Part shown: positions 45,835 to 54,716 of the stretch, one piece after another
How positions within the stretch are numbered: the stretch's first letter is position 1
Layout of the letters: each line of letters begins with the position of its first letter
Virus record (IMG/VR): IMGVR_UViG_3300037336_000053
Coordinates: 1-64,000 of that record
Length of the DNA stretch: 64,000 nt
Direction: 5' to 3' (one strand)
Origin: a virus
Program-made: the position numbers and the translations under genes
The notes under the pieces: generated by a model
Told to the model about the DNA's origin: nothing
Seen by the model: only the letters and a program-made list of their open reading frames with translations
Database searches by the model: none

Positions 45835-48006
45835 CTACTTAGCAAGAGTAATAACTAAATCATTTTCTTGTAAATCTGTTGCCTTTATTTCCAGTAAGAA
45901 CCCATCTCGGTCTATCATTAAACTGTGATCTTCTGTTACTGTAACCGACGTTCCGTCTTCCATTGTTACCTTGTATAATTGCTTAGAAGTTTTATGACGC
46001 ATAACATAGTTCATTTTAGAAATAGTAATTTTATCATTTAATGCATGGAATCCAAGTGTTGTAATGTCCGAGTCGTTAAACATTGCATATTCCTTTCCAC
46101 TAGGATGTAATACTTTATCCTCAACTGCATCAAACAAATCTTCAATTGCAATCATGCCATTTGATGTGTTAATCATCGAATCACCGGTAACGCTATCACC
46201 ATAGATAACAGCATCACCAACGTGATCGTAAACTCCAGTAATAACTTTATTAACTTCTGCACTCATATGCTTAACAATAGTACGACCAGTAAGTGTAGTT
46301 GACTGTCCAATACGCTTATCAAAGAAGCGGCAACCAGGGTTAAGAATAGCACCATACAAACTGTTAAGCAAAATCTTCTTAACTAGCTGACGTTTATCCC
46401 AATACTCAATCTCTGCCTTATTACCTGCATCCTTAGCTTTCTTCAGCTTTGCTTGTAACTCTTTACGTTCACCATACCAACGCTTTAGAATACCTGGAAT
46501 AACACCTTCAAACTCTTGTGTAAAGATTGTACCATTGCTACTAAGCATCCATGGATTATTACTGTCAAATACTAGTTTGTAAATCTCTGCTCCGCTCATT
46601 ACTTCAGACTGGCCGTTTTCAAACTCAATAGTAAGTGCAACATCTTTACGTTTGGCCATAACAGCATCGTATTCTTCTGTTGCAAAGCGACCTTCCCAAC
46701 TACCGGCGAAGCTCTGTTTCTTAAGACCCATGTCTTCTGCTACACGAGCTTCTGATATGTCTGGACGAATTTGTCCTACAAGAGTTTCTGGAGCCATATT
46801 TAACGCACGAATCACTGAAGGGTACAGTGAGTTCAAGTCCATTGACCCAATCCACTTGTGCAAGCCCTTCTTAGGGAACGCAACATATGCGCCAGCAGCT
46901 TGTGTATTTTCTTCGTCGTCTCTATTCTTACGATTAGGAACTTGCAAGCCCCTGTGATGCGCTTCGTTAATAATACCCTGTTCAGTAACAGCAACGGCAC
47001 CCATTGTAGTTTGAATAAGCACTGTATTCTCGTGTGCAATAGTATTGCTTAATTCAATAAAGCGCAGTTTCCTATCCAGCTTGTCCAGCAGCGCAGTATC
47101 TTGAATGTTATATTCAATAAACTTTTTAAAGTCATTGTTATAAAGTTGATCCAATGTACCTTCGTATGCTGTCTTGTTTTCACCTACTTCAATTTCACCA
47201 ATAGCATCTAGTCGATAGCTGTGGCGTTCTTCATAGGTATACTTACGATACAAGTTTAAACTGTCCAAGTGTACACGACCAATCAAGTCATATGTTTCGC
47301 TTTCTTTACCAAACTTTTCGTAAATGCGCTTCTTAGGCAACTGACCCCACAAGCAAAACCGTCTTGTGTCATCTTTACTTAATACACGAGCTACACGATT
47401 GACAGTGTAGGGAATATCATAGCCTTCGCTGTTCCAACCACTTATTACGTCGCTGTCTTCAATAATTGTTAAGAACGTGTCTAACATGTCCTTTTCTTTA
47501 GCAAACAGCATTACGTTAGGAATATCTTTAAGCAACTCAGTCGCAGCTTCCATTGTAAGTGTTTTAGGAGGCACTGCTAAACACACCATTGTTTCTAGCC
47601 ACTGCAAATAAACGGAGATAGACGTAATGCCCATAAACGGATCGCTAGGATCTGCAAAGCCGCGCTCTGGGTCAAAGTCTGTCTCAATGTCGAAAAATGC
47701 AATATTTAGTTTAGGTGCGTCTTGGTTAAGGTAGTTTTCACTTAGACACTGAAAGATTGGATTAATGTCGCTTTCAAACAGCGTTTTGTCTCGATTGATT
47801 GCAATTTCCTTGCGGAAGTCTTTTGTATTCTTAGATACAATACGACTCAACGGATCACCGTACACGCTCTTGTACTTGCCCTTTTGATCCTTATAGTAAA
47901 ATGTATATTTTACAGGTTGTTCACGGAATATTCTAGCTCCGTCTTTTCGTTCAACTATCTTGATCAGATCATGATCACGGTCGAAAAATGCGTCTACATA
48001 ACTCAA
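45835..48006 (-). CDS. polB: Family B DNA polymerase N-terminal fragment (exonuclease + palm) fused to a split-intein N-half
   Basis: FDIETD (ExoI), GWNSEGYD, YNIQD, DLNSLYPS (motif A), KILLNSLYG (motif B), YGD; TTG start with GGAGG SD. Confidence 0.95.
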   Translation of the reverse strand: MSYVDAFFDRDHDLIKIVERKDGARIFREQPVKYTFYYKDQKGKYKSVYGDPLSRIVSKNTKDFRKEIAINRDKTLFESDINPIFQCLSENYLNQDAPKLNIAFFDIETDFDPERGFADPSDPFMGITSISVYLQWLETMVCLAVPPKTLTMEAATELLKDIPNVMLFAKEKDMLDTFLTIIEDSDVISGWNSEGYDIPYTVNRVARVLSKDDTRRFCLWGQLPKKRIYEKFGKESETYDLIGRVHLDSLNLYRKYTYEERHSYRLDAIGEIEVGENKTAYEGTLDQLYNNDFKKFIEYNIQDTALLDKLDRKLRFIELSNTIAHENTVLIQTTMGAVAVTEQGIINEAHHRGLQVPNRKNRDDEENTQAAGAYVAFPKKGLHKWIGSMDLNSLYPSVIRALNMAPETLVGQIRPDISEARVAEDMGLKKQSFAGSWEGRFATEEYDAVMAKRKDVALTIEFENGQSEVMSGAEIYKLVFDSNNPWMLSSNGTIFTQEFEGVIPGILKRWYGERKELQAKLKKAKDAGNKAEIEYWDKRQLVKKILLNSLYGAILNPGCRFFDKRIGQSTTLTGRTIVKHMSAEVNKVITGVYDHVGDAVIYGDSVTGDSMINTSNGMIAIEDLFDAVEDKVLHPSGKEYAMFNDSDITTLGFHALNDKITISKMNYVMRHKTSKQLYKVTMEDGTSVTVTEDHSLMIDRDGFLLEIKATDLQENDLVITLAK
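45838..46194 (-). mobile_element. Split intein N-half (119 aa), Ser1
   Basis: YGD/SVTGDS (block A) and VTVTEDHSL (block B TxxH), then stop. Confidence 0.9.
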
Positions 48007-48068
48007 TTAAATGCCTCCTGTTGCTTGTGGCCAACTAACCTTAAACCTGTTCTTAAAGTGAACGACTC

Positions 48069-48290
48069 TTATAATATTAAGCCTATAACATATATAGCAG
48101 TTAAGCCTATATTAAACCATAGGAGTGAATTTTCTTTCCATAAGTATCCGACTACAATCCATAGTGCATTACCTACAATAAAGAAGTAATGATGTAGATA
48201 TAGTTCAGGTACAAAACTGGCAAGGCAAGCTGCAATCAATACGATTACAGTGCTTACCCAAGCCAGCCACTGGTAAGGCTTTACCACCAT
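48069..48290 (-). CDS. Small 3-TM membrane protein
   Basis: Three hydrophobic segments. Confidence 0.65.
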   Translation of the reverse strand: MVVKPYQWLAWVSTVIVLIAACLASFVPELYLHHYFFIVGNALWIVVGYLWKENSLLWFNIGLTAIYVIGLIL

Positions 48291-48562
48291 GTTGCTGCTA
48301 CTCCGTATCCAAATATGTTAACTATTGCAAAGTACCCTGTTAGTAGCATCACCCACGCTGCACCTCTACGTACTGCTGCATAGCATTGAGTAATACTACC
48401 AACAAAGAATCCTGGGTATACCATCATCATATTAGGATCTTTAGCATTAACCGCAAGAGTTAAACTTGCACCTACAGTAAAGATAAAACTTACAAGTTCA
48501 AAATAGAACGCAGTTTTGTCACTAGTATAACTGGATATCCAAAATTCTTTTATTTTCTGCAT
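48281..48562 (-). CDS. Small 3-TM membrane protein
   Basis: Three hydrophobic segments; coupled to both neighbours. Confidence 0.65.
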   Translation of the reverse strand: MQKIKEFWISSYTSDKTAFYFELVSFIFTVGASLTLAVNAKDPNMMMVYPGFFVGSITQCYAAVRRGAAWVMLLTGYFAIVNIFGYGVAATWW

Positions 48563-48822
48563 TACTTGTCAACACCGACTGTAGCAACAAGTGTTTCAAG
48601 GTCTTCAAAATAGTCTGCATGCTTTTCCCAGTCACGTTTCTGTGCAACTTTAATTGCTTTATTAATTAATGCTGGTTTGATGTTTAGTTCTTCTGCTACT
48701 GCTTTAACAGTATCTTTAAGACCTTCTTGTAAGTCTTCAATTTCTTGTAGCACTGTTACGCCTTCTTGAACAAGACGCTCAAGTTTTGCTTTTTCTTCTG
48801 CACCATAGGTACGATCACTCAT
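48562..48822 (-). CDS. DsbA/GapR-like small dsDNA-binding protein
   Basis: IEDLQEGLKDTVKAVAEELNIKPALINKAIK pattern. Confidence 0.5.
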   Translation of the reverse strand: MSDRTYGAEEKAKLERLVQEGVTVLQEIEDLQEGLKDTVKAVAEELNIKPALINKAIKVAQKRDWEKHADYFEDLETLVATVGVDK

Positions 48823-48855
48823 AGATTACTCCTAAATAAATGTTATTACTTGTTA

Positions 48856-48884
48856 AGTATACAGGATTATTTAGGCGTTGTCAA
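48856..48884 (-). promoter_or_regulatory. Sigma70 promoter with nested TAAATA (twin of 33061-33089)
   Basis: TTGACA-acgccTAAATAatcctg-TATACT. Confidence 0.7.
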
Positions 48885-48888
48885 GTGT

Positions 48889-49488
48889 TTATTTTATAAA
48901 AGCGCCGATTCTGCCATGGACATCTGGATATTCACGATATGTGTATCCGTCGGGCGGTGTTGTGTCTTCGCCCTTCCAGACTGGAATAAAATGTTCAGTG
49001 TGTTCGTCGAAGTCTTCGTTGCGTCTAAGATGCACTTCGATTAGTTTGCCGCCTATAAATTCACAGTTGATCCATTTGTGTGGGTGAGATATAGAGTGCA
49101 ACATCTTGGGGAAAGGAATCACGTCATCTGTTCGAATCCATTCGTCCCAATGAGTAAATGTATCATCACTCTTTCGACCTTCTACACATAATTCTTGTGT
49201 ACCGTAAAAGTAGTCTATGCTGAGATGTCTACCTTCAAACCACTCACACCAGAAGTAACCGTAGGGCAAATTGCAAGTGTCTTTCTCAAGCCACATTTTT
49301 TCTGCACCCAGGCCTAGTCCCAGCATATTAACACAAGGGCGAACAATATAAAAGCCCGGATGCGGAACATCAAGACCCACTGGTCCACAGTTATATCGCA
49401 TTTTTCTACTTACAATTAGTTTGTCCATTACCCAAATTAAATCTGGGTCAATAGTCTGCCAAACAAAATCTTCGGCACTGTCTTCCAT
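48889..49488 (-). CDS. Hypothetical phage protein (possibly ATP-grasp-like)
   Basis: YIVRPCVN, FWCEWFEGRHLSIDY, INCEFIGGKLIEVHLR. Confidence 0.6.
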   Translation of the reverse strand: MEDSAEDFVWQTIDPDLIWVMDKLIVSRKMRYNCGPVGLDVPHPGFYIVRPCVNMLGLGLGAEKMWLEKDTCNLPYGYFWCEWFEGRHLSIDYFYGTQELCVEGRKSDDTFTHWDEWIRTDDVIPFPKMLHSISHPHKWINCEFIGGKLIEVHLRRNEDFDEHTEHFIPVWKGEDTTPPDGYTYREYPDVHGRIGAFIK

Positions 49489-49489
49489 A

Positions 49490-51448
49490 CTACATCTTAA
49501 CGCAGTTGTCTACAGTCTTGCCGTCCTTTTGTTTAGTGCCCATACGCTTGTAGCCCTTCCAGCATACCTTGCCGTCAACACCTTTTTGTTTTTCTTCGTC
49601 TAGCGTAGTATAACTAGGATTTCCGCATTCGCTACATGTTACATTAGTTCTTTTTTTTAAAGTTTTGTAAACACGTTCTGCAAGTTTTGCTGTGTAGTTT
49701 GATTCAACTACATCTTTTGCTCTAGTTAGAACGTTTGCTGTTGAGTTTGATTCTGCAAACTTCATATCATAATCTAGTGCATGATATACACTACTGATAT
49801 AGTCTGCTGCTTTAGTAATCTTTGCCTGCTGCCATCCTTCGATGCCTTCTGCTTCAGATACTGTTTTAAGCATATCGTGTAATTTAATAGCGTACTTTGC
49901 TAGTTTATATAGATCAGCACGAGCCATTTGCACTTCGTGATCACGCTCTGCTGCACTTGCTAAATCGCCTAGGCCTTCTTTAACTGTTTTCTTTTTCTTG
50001 TCAGCAACTGCCTTCTTCTCGATCTTGTATGTGCGGGGATTGACACGATATTGACTCATGTCCTCACCTTCAGCATCACGCTGTCTTAATTCCTTGTGAG
50101 CTGCATCAAGGTTCTGTTCGTGTGCTTCTTTTGCACGGCGATTGCGAGCTGAGTCGCTTTGGTCACCCTCCGCCATACCTTGCCCACTAGACATTGCATA
50201 GTCTATGTCGTCGGGATGTAAATATCCGCTTTTTAAATCAGACATAATTTGCGCTTTTTCTTCTTCTCGGCGTTTTGTAAGCATGTGCCTTGCACCAAGC
50301 CAATCTAAATAATCTTCTACCATGTCATCAACTGGGTTATTTGTATTTCTGCCCCCCACCACACCTTGCTCGTCATTGCTTTGCCAAACTACATTATCGG
50401 TTGAGTCTTTGACTTCAATAGTGGCATACACATACTGCGGAAAGTCTTCTAACCAGTCTTCGCTCCAGAGTATGGCATCATCCTCACGACGGAATTTTTT
50501 AGTTTTGGTTCTTGATTTAGGACGCTCACCAGTGTTGACCACTGCGGTGAACGGACCGTTGAATCCACTACCAAACGAACCTTCCGCCACACCCTGTGAT
50601 TCCTCTAGTTCCCATACCACGCCACCGTTGTCATCTTTTATTTCCATCTGGAGGGTTGGATATTGGTCGTGTGTGTCAGCATAGTCTTCTGCCCAGGCCA
50701 CAGCATCATCTTCACGCTTAAACTTTTTGGTCTTGGTCTTGGTTGGTGGCTTCTCGCCGGTGTTGACATATAGAGTAAACACCCTGCCATATCCTGAACC
50801 AAACGAACCTTTCGCCACACCTGTCTTTGGCTCAAATACTGTAGGGTAATTAGTCTTGCGATTGAATACGCCCACTGTATCACCTTGACTATTTTTAGCA
50901 ATAATACTGTCTACTGCTCCGCTGCCTTCTTGACGATTTCTAAATTTGACATCGGCACCGTGATCTTTGCGAACTTGATTGGCCCATTGTCTGACTCCAC
51001 CACCAACGCCGCCCTCTGCCACTTTATCAGTATATGCGCCGCCTTTAAACTTACTAACACTTTTAGCATCGTGCTCTTTAGCTTGACGTCTGGCATCAGC
51101 ATCATCCTTAGCAGTAAACTTCATCTTTGAACCATCTGAATGTGTCATTTGATACTTGTGTTTCACACCTTTGTGTTCCGCCACACCATCTAAAGCACTG
51201 GTAATTTTGTTTATCTGCTCAGGAGTTGCTCTATTGCCCACAGTAGTAAACTGATCGTGGGTTGTTTCCCAATCCGAGCCTTCTTTGACTTCTTCGGAAT
51301 ACTTGTCGTATTTTTTTCTAATAGGATCAAGACTTTTACCTTCTTTACCAGCTTTAGCTAGTGCTTGCATGCCTTCTTTGCCATACTTCTCATGGCCCTT
51401 AGCAGCACGGCTCATAGTCTTATCAGCTTCTTTAACTTGTTTTATCAT
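49490..51448 (-). CDS. Modular putative internal-head polyprotein with GVAEG-delimited cassettes
   Basis: Repeated (G)VAEG-like junctions, two 76-aa paralogous modules, C-terminal DHEVQMAR.. and CWKGYKRMG..NCV modules; late promoter at 51476-51481. Confidence 0.7.
   Translation of the reverse strand: MIKQVKEADKTMSRAAKGHEKYGKEGMQALAKAGKEGKSLDPIRKKYDKYSEEVKEGSDWETTHDQFTTVGNRATPEQINKITSALDGVAEHKGVKHKYQMTHSDGSKMKFTAKDDADARRQAKEHDAKSVSKFKGGAYTDKVAEGGVGGGVRQWANQVRKDHGADVKFRNRQEGSGAVDSIIAKNSQGDTVGVFNRKTNYPTVFEPKTGVAKGSFGSGYGRVFTLYVNTGEKPPTKTKTKKFKREDDAVAWAEDYADTHDQYPTLQMEIKDDNGGVVWELEESQGVAEGSFGSGFNGPFTAVVNTGERPKSRTKTKKFRREDDAILWSEDWLEDFPQYVYATIEVKDSTDNVVWQSNDEQGVVGGRNTNNPVDDMVEDYLDWLGARHMLTKRREEEKAQIMSDLKSGYLHPDDIDYAMSSGQGMAEGDQSDSARNRRAKEAHEQNLDAAHKELRQRDAEGEDMSQYRVNPRTYKIEKKAVADKKKKTVKEGLGDLASAAERDHEVQMARADLYKLAKYAIKLHDMLKTVSEAEGIEGWQQAKITKAADYISSVYHALDYDMKFAESNSTANVLTRAKDVVESNYTAKLAERVYKTLKKRTNVTCSECGNPSYTTLDEEKQKGVDGKVCWKGYKRMGTKQKDGKTVDNCVKM
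50366..50821 (-). repeat. Two tandem 228-bp (76-aa) paralogous modules
   Basis: GVA(K/E)GSFGSG..VNTGE.P...KTKKF.REDDA..W.ED..; units start at 50821 and 50593. Confidence 0.9.
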
Positions 51449-51478
51449 TGTAATCTCCAGAATACTTATTATGTATAT

Positions 51479-51697
51479 TTATCGTTTGATGGTCGAGCCA
51501 CCCATTAAATTGTTTGATAGCTCAAGTGCATTTTTAGCAGTACCGTCTGCATTTTTCTTTTGTGGAGCTTCTGGAGTACCATTTTTACCAGTTTTAATCT
51601 TCTGACGTGCGGCAGGAGGGTTAGCAACTGTTGCTATAGCACCTGCACTTGTAGCGCCTGCTGTTGTTGTTTCATTTACGATATCTGATATTTTCAT
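51479..51697 (-). CDS. Small putative internal-head protein
   Basis: MKISDIVNE tag; ETTTAGATSAGAIATVANP. Confidence 0.6.
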   Translation of the reverse strand: MKISDIVNETTTAGATSAGAIATVANPPAARQKIKTGKNGTPEAPQKKNADGTAKNALELSNNLMGGSTIKR

Positions 51698-52410
51698 TTC
51701 TTTTTAGCCCTGCCAGCTTTCATATTAGCAAGCCAATGTGCCATCTTTTGCTTTTCGCCACTGCTGTTCTTAGCAGTCTTTCTTAAACTGCTAACACTTG
51801 CTTTAGTATTTACACCACTACGCTTGGCCAATCCCTTACGTCCTGGCTTCTTGCCATCTGCAAAGTTTTCATTGTGTGCCGCTTCTGCATAGTATTCGTT
51901 ATCAGGAGATGCATCATCAGTGCTGTCGGGCCACCAGTCTAATTCAAACTGTTCTCCAGCATCAAACATGTCGTGCATAGAGTTAATACGGTTTTCGTAT
52001 TCTAGTTTTGACGGCTCAACGTTGCCTTCTACTACATCAATAACATATTGTATTGTTACTGCATTGGCAGTCAATGTAGCACAGCGTCCGCCTACTTCAC
52101 CTTTGAGGTGATCTACTAAAATGCTTTCACTACTTCTTGCTAGATCATCTGTTAGATTATGAGGCACTTTCATGTCAACATATGAATAAACATAATCGTA
52201 ATGTGGCGATGGAGATGTGTGTAATATAAATTCATCTAATACCACAACTCTTTTAAATCCATCCTTGTTATACCAAACAGCTCTTTTAAAAGTTAACTCG
52301 TCTGGTGCTCCAAAGAACTTTGTAAGATGTTTTACATAGTCAACTGGTTCATCATTTTTCCATTGCGATAACGCAGTCGGCGATTCGGCTAAAATTTCAT
52401 GTATTTTCAT
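51694..52410 (-). CDS. Putative internal-head protein (two modules)
   Basis: MKIHEILAE tag; C-terminal basic ENFADGKKPGRKG..MAHWLANMKAG module. Confidence 0.6.
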   Translation of the reverse strand: MKIHEILAESPTALSQWKNDEPVDYVKHLTKFFGAPDELTFKRAVWYNKDGFKRVVVLDEFILHTSPSPHYDYVYSYVDMKVPHNLTDDLARSSESILVDHLKGEVGGRCATLTANAVTIQYVIDVVEGNVEPSKLEYENRINSMHDMFDAGEQFELDWWPDSTDDASPDNEYYAEAAHNENFADGKKPGRKGLAKRSGVNTKASVSSLRKTAKNSSGEKQKMAHWLANMKAGRAKKK

Positions 52411-53576
52411 AAACTTGCTACAATTGTTTTATAATCGTCAAAGTTACTTTCACGATCTTCTAGGCCGCGCAAGCCCGGATTAATAGGCTTAGTAACATCT
52501 CTAACATTACTAAAGTCATCAACATTCGGTTGTACTCTAAGTTTCCAGTACCAAATAGCAATTTTTGCAGCAACAGACGGTTTTTCTGCTAGCTTAGGAT
52601 TATTCACTAGATCTATGCCAATTGCGTTTCCGGCAATACCGTAGTTATATCTGCCGGTGATTTGAATGTATCCGCGACCTTTGTACTTTGCGCCATCACC
52701 TGCTTTAGTATTACCTAATATTTTGGCTTTCCTAGGAGCATACTTAGGATCATACTTGCGGAAGTCTAAACTGCCACCATATTCTACCATGCTCTTAAAG
52801 TCGTGACTTTCATGAGCAACTTGCGATAAGAATGCAGCAAGTTCTGTACCTTTAATTCCAGCAGCGGTAGCAGTTTTAATTAAAAACTTTTCGTGTGCAT
52901 TGATCGTAATAGGTTCATCTTTTTTAACTTGAGGCTTTTTGGCCTGTGGGGTTTCTTCTTCAGCAGTATCCGGAACTTTTACCATTTGACCTAATTGCAG
53001 TTTGGTATTTTGATCAAACCCATTTAGCTTGTATAGTACTGCTGGAGTAGTATCATTTTGTCTAGCAATAGAATAAACAGTATCACCTTTCTCAACAGGT
53101 TGTTGGACAATGTTGCCAGCATTGGCGCCTAAGGTGGCAGCTCCTAGTGTAGCTCCTGCTACCCAATCTTTCCATCCTTCCTCTACATCAAATTCTTTGC
53201 CTTTAAGTTTAGTACCTGTATATTGTTGTACAATTTTCCAAACTTCTTTGTCTTTCTTTTGCTTAATCAGTTGTTTAACTTGTGTAACTAAATCACTAGG
53301 CGCAGTTGAGAAAAATTTCATCAACTCCATTATACCTATGTTACCTTCATAAGACGCTTCTAGTTGTCTTATACGACTTTCACTAAGTCCTAGATTAAAT
53401 AGCACATTAGTTGACTTGCCTTTTACCTTTTTGCTTAGTGTAGGCGGACGTCCGTCTTTGTCTACGGTGTTGCCAAACTTAGCTGCTTGAGTTTTGATTT
53501 CACCAGAGCCCACATCTACAGTAGTGTTAACACCTTTTACAATTCTGCCATCTTCAAATATTTCACGTAATCTCAT
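52407..53576 (-). CDS. LysM + GH19 peptidoglycan hydrolase with N-terminal head-protein modules
   Basis: LysM VEKGDTVYSIARQ; GH19 FLSQVAHES, GDGAKYKGRGYIQITGRYNY, AIWYW; MRLREIFE tag. Confidence 0.85.
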   Translation of the reverse strand: MRLREIFEDGRIVKGVNTTVDVGSGEIKTQAAKFGNTVDKDGRPPTLSKKVKGKSTNVLFNLGLSESRIRQLEASYEGNIGIMELMKFFSTAPSDLVTQVKQLIKQKKDKEVWKIVQQYTGTKLKGKEFDVEEGWKDWVAGATLGAATLGANAGNIVQQPVEKGDTVYSIARQNDTTPAVLYKLNGFDQNTKLQLGQMVKVPDTAEEETPQAKKPQVKKDEPITINAHEKFLIKTATAAGIKGTELAAFLSQVAHESHDFKSMVEYGGSLDFRKYDPKYAPRKAKILGNTKAGDGAKYKGRGYIQITGRYNYGIAGNAIGIDLVNNPKLAEKPSVAAKIAIWYWKLRVQPNVDDFSNVRDVTKPINPGLRGLEDRESNFDDYKTIVASL

Positions 53577-53782
53577 TTCTTGCGTCCTCTAAATTGCTCA
53601 CCTGTTAGGTAGGGTTTGGAGAACCAAAGTTGAAACCATTCTTTATCACCTGGGCGTATATTTTCTTTGCGTTGTATCTCAGCTTTTTCGGTTCCAGTAA
53701 TACTTATGTTACTGCCACCGTATGGAGTTAGCCCTTTGAACTCGTTGATGCCGGCAAGTTTTTTAAGGGTATCTAAATCCAT
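53573..53782 (-). CDS. Small hypothetical protein
   Basis: LKKLAGI, IRPGDKEWFQLWFSKP; coupled at both ends. Confidence 0.65.
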   Translation of the reverse strand: MDLDTLKKLAGINEFKGLTPYGGSNISITGTEKAEIQRKENIRPGDKEWFQLWFSKPYLTGEQFRGRKK

Positions 53783-54375
53783 TACTTCTTGACCACACCT
53801 TCCGCTGGTACTGCATCTCTAATACCCATACCTTGTCTAACAGCAGCATACATTTCATCTGCAACTTCTTGTTGTGGCACACCTTGTTTAAATGATTCTA
53901 AATCACCTTCAGCAGCCGCAGCTCGCATCTTACTTGCACTCATGCCCTCGGCACCATCTGCATCTGGATCACGTTCGCCTGCACTTACTACTTTAATTGA
54001 TTTAAAATTATATTCTTTACCGTTGTAATCGTTTAATAGTTTTTCAAAACTTGCAACACGATCGCTACCTGCAACATAGATTAAATTATCATAACCTAGT
54101 GCGTCAATTTTTTGTAGTGCTTGTATAATAGTTTTAACTTCAGGATTACCAATTGTAACCTCTGGAAAGAAAAACTTTGCATAGCGTAGTTTATCCTCAA
54201 ATGCTAGTGGATCTGTTTTAGGCTTTTGACTTTGGCTTAAAAAAATATAAGGATCACCACCTTGTGATACAACCGCATCTACTAGTTTAGCATGCCCGAT
54301 AGTAGGTGGGTTCATACGACCAAATGCCATTACCGCAGTTGTTTCGGGTGCTTCAAATATTTCTCTTAATCTCAT
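53782..54375 (-). CDS. Cytidylyltransferase-like (HxGH) nucleotidyltransferase
   Basis: FGRMNPPTIGH, VAGSDR, GMSASKMR; MRLREIFE tag. Confidence 0.8.
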   Translation of the reverse strand: MRLREIFEAPETTAVMAFGRMNPPTIGHAKLVDAVVSQGGDPYIFLSQSQKPKTDPLAFEDKLRYAKFFFPEVTIGNPEVKTIIQALQKIDALGYDNLIYVAGSDRVASFEKLLNDYNGKEYNFKSIKVVSAGERDPDADGAEGMSASKMRAAAAEGDLESFKQGVPQQEVADEMYAAVRQGMGIRDAVPAEGVVKK

Positions 54376-54716
54376 TTGTAGTCACCTTGTTTAATTTCGT
54401 CTATACCTTCACCAAATAGTTTGTCAAGTAGTGCATCTCTGTCTGCTTGACTAAACACATCCTCTGGTGAATGTCCTAGATCATATTCTGCACAGTAGCG
54501 ATTAATACCTTTTTCAACTACTGGACCTAAATGCTTTTTACGATCAATGTCTTTGCCTGCACGGTGTAGATCAGCAATACGACTCATTACAGGAAAAAGT
54601 TCTTTGCGATAAAACTGTGGATCATTACGCATCCAAACACTAGTGTCATCGACTAGATCATAACCTAGGTCTTTATCGTCTTTTTGATCTATCTCAGTCA
54701 CTTCAAATATTTTCAT
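54372..54716 (-). CDS. Hypothetical protein with N-terminal tag
   Basis: MKIFEVTE tag; AGGAG SD. Confidence 0.7.
   Translation of the reverse strand: MKIFEVTEIDQKDDKDLGYDLVDDTSVWMRNDPQFYRKELFPVMSRIADLHRAGKDIDRKKHLGPVVEKGINRYCAEYDLGHSPEDVFSQADRDALLDKLFGEGIDEIKQGDYK

Noticed and set aside
50179-51187. Junction motif as an E. coli Chi site
   Set aside because: GGTGTGGCGG does not match GCTGGTGG. Only a general G-rich resemblance.
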